A stretch of DNA of 64,000 bases from an uncultured Clostridia bacterium (GTDB lineage Bacteria > Bacillota > Clostridia > TANB77 > CAG-508): assembly GCA_947626875.1 (NCBI GenBank), contig CANQTV010000002.1, positions 10,324 through 74,323 of the forward strand. Reading direction: 5' to 3'. The notes beneath the pieces were generated by a model. The model was not told the DNA's origin. It did no database searches and saw only the letters and a list, made by a program, of their open reading frames with translations. This document shows, piece after piece, positions 58,549-64,000 of this stretch. A program made the position numbers and the translations under genes. Each line of letters begins with the position of its first letter. Positions within the stretch are counted from its first letter, which is position 1.

Positions 58549-59952
58549 ATGGTATTTAGTAGTTTTGCATTTTTATTTGTATTTTTACCATTAGTATTAG
58601 TTACGTATTTTGTTGTAAAAAATCGTACTTATCGTAATATTGTATTGTTTCTTTTTTCTCTTGTGTTTTATGCATGGGGAGAGCCGATATATGTATTGTT
58701 AATGTTGTTTTCCATTGTAATAAATTACTTTTTGGCTTTGATAATAGATAAAAAGGAAAAGAAATATCAAAGAAAATGGTTGTTGATATTAGCAATTATT
58801 ATTAATCTATCTATCATAGGATTTTTTAAATATGGAGACTTTTTTATTAATAATATTAATATGTTGTTTCATAGTTCAATTCCAAATTTAAATTTGGGAT
58901 TGCCTATAGGAATCAGTTTTTATACATTCCAAATTTTGTCTTATGTGATAGATGTATATACAAAGAAAGTAAAAGTACAAAAAAATATTATATATTTAGG
59001 AACATATGTTGCATTATTCCCACAATTGATAGCAGGTCCAATTGTTAGATACGAAACTATTGCAGAAGAATTAGAAAATAGAAAAGAAAATTTAACTGAA
59101 TTTATTGATGGAATTAGAAGATTTATTATTGGATTAGGAAAAAAGGTAGTAATTGCTAATCAGATGGCAATTATTGCAGACAATATTTATGGAGGGGATT
59201 TAGCATCTTATGGAACGATTGTACTTTGGATAGCAGCAATAGCTTATACTTTCCAGATTTATTTTGACTTTAGTGGATATTCAGATATGGCAATAGGTTT
59301 AGGTAAGGTGTTTGGTTTTCATTTCTTAGAAAACTTTAATTATCCATATATTGCAAATAGTATTACAGATTTTTGGCGTAGATGGCATATTTCTTTATCT
59401 ACCTGGTTTAGAGATTATGTGTATATACCTTTAGGAGGAAATCGAGTAAGCAAAGCAAAATGGCTTAGAAACATTTTAATTGTATGGATGCTTACTGGAT
59501 TTTGGCATGGAGCATCTTGGAATTTTGTAGTATGGGGATTGTATTATGGTATTTTATTAATAATAGAAAAACTATTCCTTGGAAAAGCATTAGAAAAATT
59601 ACCAAAAATTATAAGACATATTTATACACTACTTATTGTGATTATAGGTTGGGTTATATTTAGAATGGAAGATTTTTCTCAAATAACATTAGTATTGAGC
59701 AAAATGTTTACTTTCCAAACTTCAGATTTATGGAATCAAATTGTATATAATTTTGACGTATTTTCAGCAATACCATATATATTTATTGCAATTATTGCAA
59801 GCATACCACTAATTAAACATATATCTGAAAAATATGAGAATAAAACCTCATATCATTTGGTGAGAAATATAGCAACTTTAGGAATATTAATTTTATCAAT
59901 TTGCTTATTGTTAAGTTCAACATATAATCCATTCATTTATTTTAGATTTTAG
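58549..59952 (+). CDS. MBOAT-family membrane O-acyltransferase (AlgI/DltB-like)
   Basis: FFKYGDF, PIGISFYTFQ..SY..D.Y, FWRRWHISLSTWFRDYVYIPLGGNR, and WHGASWNF. Confidence 0.88.
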   Translation: MVFSSFAFLFVFLPLVLVTYFVVKNRTYRNIVLFLFSLVFYAWGEPIYVLLMLFSIVINYFLALIIDKKEKKYQRKWLLILAIIINLSIIGFFKYGDFFINNINMLFHSSIPNLNLGLPIGISFYTFQILSYVIDVYTKKVKVQKNIIYLGTYVALFPQLIAGPIVRYETIAEELENRKENLTEFIDGIRRFIIGLGKKVVIANQMAIIADNIYGGDLASYGTIVLWIAAIAYTFQIYFDFSGYSDMAIGLGKVFGFHFLENFNYPYIANSITDFWRRWHISLSTWFRDYVYIPLGGNRVSKAKWLRNILIVWMLTGFWHGASWNFVVWGLYYGILLIIEKLFLGKALEKLPKIIRHIYTLLIVIIGWVIFRMEDFSQITLVLSKMFTFQTSDLWNQIVYNFDVFSAIPYIFIAIIASIPLIKHISEKYENKTSYHLVRNIATLGILILSICLLLSSTYNPFIYFRF

Positions 59953-59967
59953 AAGGGAATGAGTAAA

Positions 59968-60504
59968 ATGAAACTTTTAATGCATACTTGTTGTGCGCCT
60001 TGTAGTGTATATTGTATAGATTCATTAAGAAAAGAGGGGATAGAGCCAACATTATATTGGTATAATCCTAATATTCACCCATATATGGAATATAAAGCAA
60101 GAAGAGATACTTTAAAAGAATATAGTAAAATGATAGATGTGCAAGCTATATTTGAAGATGAATATGGTTTAGATGCGTTCTGCAAAAATGTAATAAATGG
60201 ATTAAACACACGTTGTCAAGATTATTGTTATCCAGTAAGACTTGAACAAACTGCAAAATATGCAAAGGAAAATGGTTATACAGCAATTACAACTACTCTG
60301 CTTGTAAGTCCATATCAAAAACATGACATTATAAAAGAACAAGGTGAAAAAATTGCTGAAAAATATGGATTAGAATTTTTGTACCGTGATTTTCGAGTTG
60401 GTTTTAGAGAGGGACAAGCAAAGGCAAGGGAATTAGGTTTATATATGCAGAAATATTGTGGATGTATTTTTTCAGAGGAAGACAGATTTTATCGACACAC
60501 ATAA
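59968..60504 (+). CDS. queH: epoxyqueuosine reductase QueH (DUF208)
   Basis: LLMHTCCAPCS N-terminus, conserved Cys pattern (..C.DYC...R, YCGC), and about 178 aa. Confidence 0.8.
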   Translation: MKLLMHTCCAPCSVYCIDSLRKEGIEPTLYWYNPNIHPYMEYKARRDTLKEYSKMIDVQAIFEDEYGLDAFCKNVINGLNTRCQDYCYPVRLEQTAKYAKENGYTAITTTLLVSPYQKHDIIKEQGEKIAEKYGLEFLYRDFRVGFREGQAKARELGLYMQKYCGCIFSEEDRFYRHT

Positions 60505-60551
60505 AAAAATACCTAAAACCATTGAAATATAAACAAAAAAAGCATTTTTTT

Positions 60552-60583
60552 AAAAGAAAGCAAATTTTTAGCTTTCTTTTTTT
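60552..60583 (+). terminator. intrinsic terminator after queH (end of the ruvB-glycan operon)
   Basis: AAAAGAAAGC-loop-GCTTTCTTTT followed by TTT. Confidence 0.7.
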
Positions 60584-60764
60584 AGGTTAAAAAACAAGCA
60601 AACAGGTAAAATTTTACCAATTTTTCTTTATTTATAAATTTTTAGAACCTCTTCATAATTATTCGTGTATATTTTATATTATAATGAGAATAATAATAAT
60701 ATTATTATATTTTACTTTTAAATTTATTTTAAAAAAATTTATTATAATGCAAAAGGAGGTTATG

Positions 60765-61910
60765 ATGTTAAAATCAAAAATATTTATTATTTTATTTTTA
60801 ATTCCTATATTTTGTGTGATACCAAATTTTGTTTCAGCAGAAAATATAGAAAAACAAACTGTAACAATAGATTTAACAACTCATACAACAGAAGATAAGC
60901 TTGACTCTCATGGATGGAAATGGGATAGTCAAACAAAAACACTAACTTTAAGAAATGCAAACTTTGAAGTGCTAGGTGACCAGCCATGTTTTATTTTTAA
61001 CAAAAATGATAACATAACAGTTATATATGAAGGGATAAATACTCTAAAGTCGGAATCTAAATCCGTATTCTATGGAACTGGGAGTAATACAGAAGGTACT
61101 CACGGAAGCCTTACTTTAAAAAGTTCAAATAATGGTATTTTAAATTTAGAAGTAACCAAGGCAGATGCAAGAAGAGGGTTTAATCTAGGAAATACCATTC
61201 ACTATGCATATGACTTAAACATTGAATCTGGAACTATAAAGAGTAGGGGTGGATTCTGGGTAGATGGAACTATAACTATAAATGGTGGAAATGTTAATAT
61301 TAATACTGAAAATATGGAAACTAGTTTAGGAAAGGTAAATGGTATTTATGCTTTGGTACAAGTAAAAATTACTGGTGGAAATGTAGATATTAAATCAAAC
61401 GATTCAGCAATTCTTGTTTCTGGAACGCCTGGCGATTGGGATACCAAAGATGAGGGAATAGTAATAAGTGGTGGGAATATGTTTCTTAGCTCCCAAGCCT
61501 CTAATTCAGCAGTAGTAGCAACAGGAATGTTAAAAAATAAAAATATAATAATTGATGGTGGAAATATAACCCTTGCTGGTGATTACGGATTTTATACAAA
61601 AAAAGGTAGTATTAAAGTATATCACGTGAATAGCTTAAACACTGATAATATAAAAAAAGAAGCATTTAAAGTCGCGGAAGGTGATGGAAATGAAATAATA
61701 TTCGCTGAGGCAGATTATAGCAAAGTTGAAGAAGCAATTGCTAGGGCTAACAAATTAAATAAAGCTGATTATAAAGACTTTAGTGCTGTTGAAAAAGCAA
61801 TTAACGCAGTAATTAGAGGTAAAAATGTATTGGAGCAGAACGAAGTAGATGCTATGGCAGATGCTATTAATGATGCTATTGATTCACTAGAATTAATAGA
61901 TAAACGGTAA
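60765..61910 (+). CDS. secreted surface protein: repetitive beta-helix-like GGN(V/I/M) repeats plus FIVAR-like C-terminal helix bundle; sorting signal displaced by frameshift
   Basis: Signal peptide MLKSKIFIILFLIPIFCVIPNFVSA. Repeats GGNVNIN, GGNVDIK, GGNMFLS and GGNITLA. C-terminal ADYSKVEEAI..ANKL...DYKDFSAVEKAI......LEQNEVDAMADAINDAIDSL is FIVAR-like. Confidence 0.7.
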   Translation: MLKSKIFIILFLIPIFCVIPNFVSAENIEKQTVTIDLTTHTTEDKLDSHGWKWDSQTKTLTLRNANFEVLGDQPCFIFNKNDNITVIYEGINTLKSESKSVFYGTGSNTEGTHGSLTLKSSNNGILNLEVTKADARRGFNLGNTIHYAYDLNIESGTIKSRGGFWVDGTITINGGNVNINTENMETSLGKVNGIYALVQVKITGGNVDIKSNDSAILVSGTPGDWDTKDEGIVISGGNMFLSSQASNSAVVATGMLKNKNIIIDGGNITLAGDYGFYTKKGSIKVYHVNSLNTDNIKKEAFKVAEGDGNEIIFAEADYSKVEEAIARANKLNKADYKDFSAVEKAINAVIRGKNVLEQNEVDAMADAINDAIDSLELIDKR

Positions 61911-62016
61911 ATTAGATAATACACCAAAAACTGGTATAAGTAATTTACCTGCTATAATGGTAATTGTATTGATAGTTTCTTTTATAGTAGTTTCAATATT
62001 AAAAAGGAAAAAATAA
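61900..62016 (+). pseudogene. orphaned cell-wall sorting signal (TPKTG + hydrophobic helix + KRKK) in the +1 frame relative to the surface-protein gene
   Basis: The +1 frame reads INGKLDNTPKTGISNLPAIMVIVLIVSFIVVSILKRKK*. This frame is closed by TAG at 61897-61899, so it can only be joined to the upstream ORF within 61900-61910. Confidence 0.7.
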
Positions 62017-62022
62017 ATAAAG

Positions 62023-62065
62023 AAGTGGTAATAAGAAAATTTAAATATCTTATACCACTTTTTAT
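62023..62065 (+). terminator. intrinsic terminator after the orphaned sorting-signal segment
   Basis: AAGTGGTAATAAGA-loop-TCTTATACCACTT followed by TTTT. Confidence 0.7.
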
Positions 62066-62491
62066 TAACTTTAAAGTAAAAAATGTTTGCAGAGTAATAC
62101 TTTTTACTGGAATATTAGTTTGAAAGAATATAATCTTTTATAACTATGTGTGCATTCCAAACAAAGAAAGGAATGAATTTTTATATGAAATATTGAATAA
62201 AAATCCTTTTGTTTATTTTTTACATTATTATTTATAATTTGTGGAAAAATTTTATTAAATATGATATATTATTCTTGGGTTTTTTAAAGAAATTTAAAAA
62301 AATAGCGTTTTAAAAGACATAAAAAAATGAATAGTTTTTTTGAATATTTCAATGAAAATATAAGTTTGAGTATGTGTCGATAAATTGCTTACTCAGAGGC
62401 AATTTCAAATTATGACCACATTATTTCTGATAAGAAAGTCCAACTTCTTGAAAATAAAATTACAGAGCGTAAGATTAGGTTAAGCTGGGAA

Positions 62492-62957
62492 GTGCCAAAT
62501 CTAGAATTAAAACTATATAAAAATGGGAATAAAGAACAAATTAAGTTTATCTATGATTTAAAAAAGGAAGTTTATCAAAAATATGTAGAAAATATTTATG
62601 GAGAATGGAATGAAGAAATCCAAAAAAAGCTATTTGATAAGTTTATGAAAGAAAATTCAAAAAATATAGAACTTATATATTTAAAAGATGAATTAGTCCG
62701 GATTTTACAATGGAAAAGAAATAGAAAATAATACTTTTGAAATAGGCAATATTTGTGTAAAACCAGAATATCAAAATAAAGGAATTGAAACAGCAATATT
62801 AAAAGAAATTATATTTGAGAACAAAGGAAAAAATATAAAGTTACAAGTATTTAAAATAAATGAAAAAGCAATTAAGTTGTATGAAAAAATGGGATTTGAA
62901 AAAGTAGAAGAAACTCAAACACATTATATAATGATTTTAGACAAAAGAAAATATTAA
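62492..62957 (+). pseudogene. GNAT-family N-acetyltransferase, frameshifted
   Basis: The N-terminal part runs in one frame to TAA at 62729-62731. The +1 frame continues from about 62699 as GFYNGKEIENNTFEIGNICVKPEYQNKGIETAILKEII...KLYEKMGFEKVE (GNAT motif A and the acetyl-CoA site) to 62957. There is no ATG start, and the ORF is open upstream to 62384. Confidence 0.65.
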
Positions 62958-62985
62958 GGCAAAGAAGGAAGAAGGAGGAAAATAT

Positions 62986-63600
62986 ATGTTACTAAAAAAT
63001 AAGTTAGGATTAAATAATGAGATAGAACTTGCTAAAGAGGAAGAAAGAATAACAAAATTAAAAGCAATAGAATTATTTGAAACTGGGAAATTAGAAGAGT
63101 TTGAAGTTGGAACTTTTCAAGGTTTATCTCAAATTCACAAATATTTATTTGAAGATATATATGAATTTGCGGGTATTGTTAGAACTGAAAATATTTCTAA
63201 AAATAATTTTAGGTTTGCATCTAGTATGTATTTAGAGGATGCTTTGAAAAATATAGATAAAATGCCACAATCAAATTTTGATGAAATTATAGAAAAATAT
63301 ATTGAAATGAATATTGCTCACCCATTTAGAGAGGGAAACGGGAGGACTACAAGAATTTGGCTTGATATGATTTTAAAAAAAGAACTAGGTAGAGTTATTG
63401 ATTGGAGCAAAATAGATAAAGAAGATTATTTGCTTGCAATGGAAAGAAGTCCAATAAAAAATACAGAAATAAAGTTTTTGTTAAAAGAAGCATTAACTGA
63501 TAAAATAAATGATAGAGATGTATATATGAAAGGTATTGACGCAAGTTATAGATATGAAGGATATAACGTATATAAAGCAGAAGATTTAAAAAATGATTAA
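62986..63600 (+). CDS. fic: Fic-domain protein (AMPylase type, class III with C-terminal inhibitory motif)
   Basis: Active-site motif HPFREGNGRTTR, which is HxFx(D/E)GNGRxxR. The C-terminal SYRYEG fits the (S/T)xxxE(G/N) autoinhibition motif. 204 aa. Confidence 0.85.
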   Translation: MLLKNKLGLNNEIELAKEEERITKLKAIELFETGKLEEFEVGTFQGLSQIHKYLFEDIYEFAGIVRTENISKNNFRFASSMYLEDALKNIDKMPQSNFDEIIEKYIEMNIAHPFREGNGRTTRIWLDMILKKELGRVIDWSKIDKEDYLLAMERSPIKNTEIKFLLKEALTDKINDRDVYMKGIDASYRYEGYNVYKAEDLKND

Positions 63601-63609
63601 CTTTTAATT

Positions 63610-64000
63610 TCATAATGATTTTTCCTTTTTAAATTTTTTAATATCAAATTTATAAATAGCTATCATAGCTGAAAACATTTCAATAAAAGTTGATATTAAA
63701 CCACTTATTGCTAAAACTTTAATATTATATATTATAAAAAGTAAACAAGAAATTATTTCGGTAATCCTTGTTATAGTTAAATTACTTTGCCATAAGGCAA
63801 TACTATATAATACTACTGCTAGAGTAGGAAGTAAACTAATAATACCATTGTAAGAAGCTAATGATAAAATAACCATACATAGAATAATTAGCACTAAATA
63901 TAGTATGGGAATTTTATCATTAAATTTTTTATATATAAGATTTCTTACCATTGTCATTAAATTCATTAAACATCCAGAAATTGCATTCAAAAAAAGATAT
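63610..64000 (-). CDS. YgjV-like inner membrane protein, N-terminus probably beyond window
   Basis: Polytopic hydrophobic ORF that stays open to the window edge. The resemblance to YgjV-family repeats is from memory only. Confidence 0.4.
   Translation of the reverse strand, partial: YLFLNAISGCLMNLMTMVRNLIYKKFNDKIPILYLVLIILCMVILSLASYNGIISLLPTLAVVLYSIALWQSNLTITRITEIISCLLFIIYNIKVLAISGLISTFIEMFSAMIAIYKFDIKKFKKEKSL

Noticed and set aside
60600-64000. The accessory tail as a defence island or prophage remnant.
   Set aside because: It contains only a surface protein, a dead GNAT, a Fic protein and a membrane protein. There are no integrase, recombinase, phage structural, restriction or other defence signatures, and the region continues past the window edge.

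Overview
AT-rich (by eye about 70% A+T) chromosomal core segment of a spore-forming, Clostridia-like Firmicute. It uses the standard code: TGA, TAA and TAG all act as stops. About 59 protein genes are tightly packed and mostly on the + strand. In order they are: ylxQ-infB-rbfA-nrnA-truB, a class A PBP, cysS, galE, argS, an nfeD/SPFH pair (-), murB, a yvcK-like gene, a glycogen debranching enzyme, ruvC, holA, a SleB-type hydrolase, dnaE, an orphan Spo0A C-terminal-domain protein, pth, rng, rimO, trpS and obg. These are followed by asp23-amaP-DUF2273-nusB-xseA-xseB, fhs, an Rpn-family PD-(D/E)XK nuclease, gpr, a ytxC-like gene plus GH57 branching enzyme plus DUF4912 (-), and the CIRCE-controlled hrcA-grpE-dnaK-dnaJ operon. 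Next comes an operon in which ruvB sits between surface-glycan genes (Alg14/Alg13-like, two GT-C membrane glycosyltransferases, DHHW, MBOAT) and queH. The window ends in a small accessory tail: a surface protein with a frameshifted sortase signal, a decayed GNAT, a class III Fic and a YgjV-like membrane protein. I saw no rRNA, tRNA, CRISPR array, riboswitch leader or intact IS. The most unusual signal is non-coding. Two unrelated families of long palindromic intergenic repeats occupy about 12 loci in 64 kb. They sit almost exclusively at gene 3' ends, often starting at or inside the stop codon. Paired substitutions between copies preserve the stems, and there are solo-arm, nested and minimal derivatives. 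Secondary observations: a strong in-frame internal SD+ATG inside the Rpn gene, several 1-nt frameshifts (mostly in A runs, so data quality must be considered), an RNase G that ends exactly at a repeat element, and several unrecognised ORFs inserted into conserved gene pairs. All calls come from reading the translations and the DNA by eye. No database search was run.
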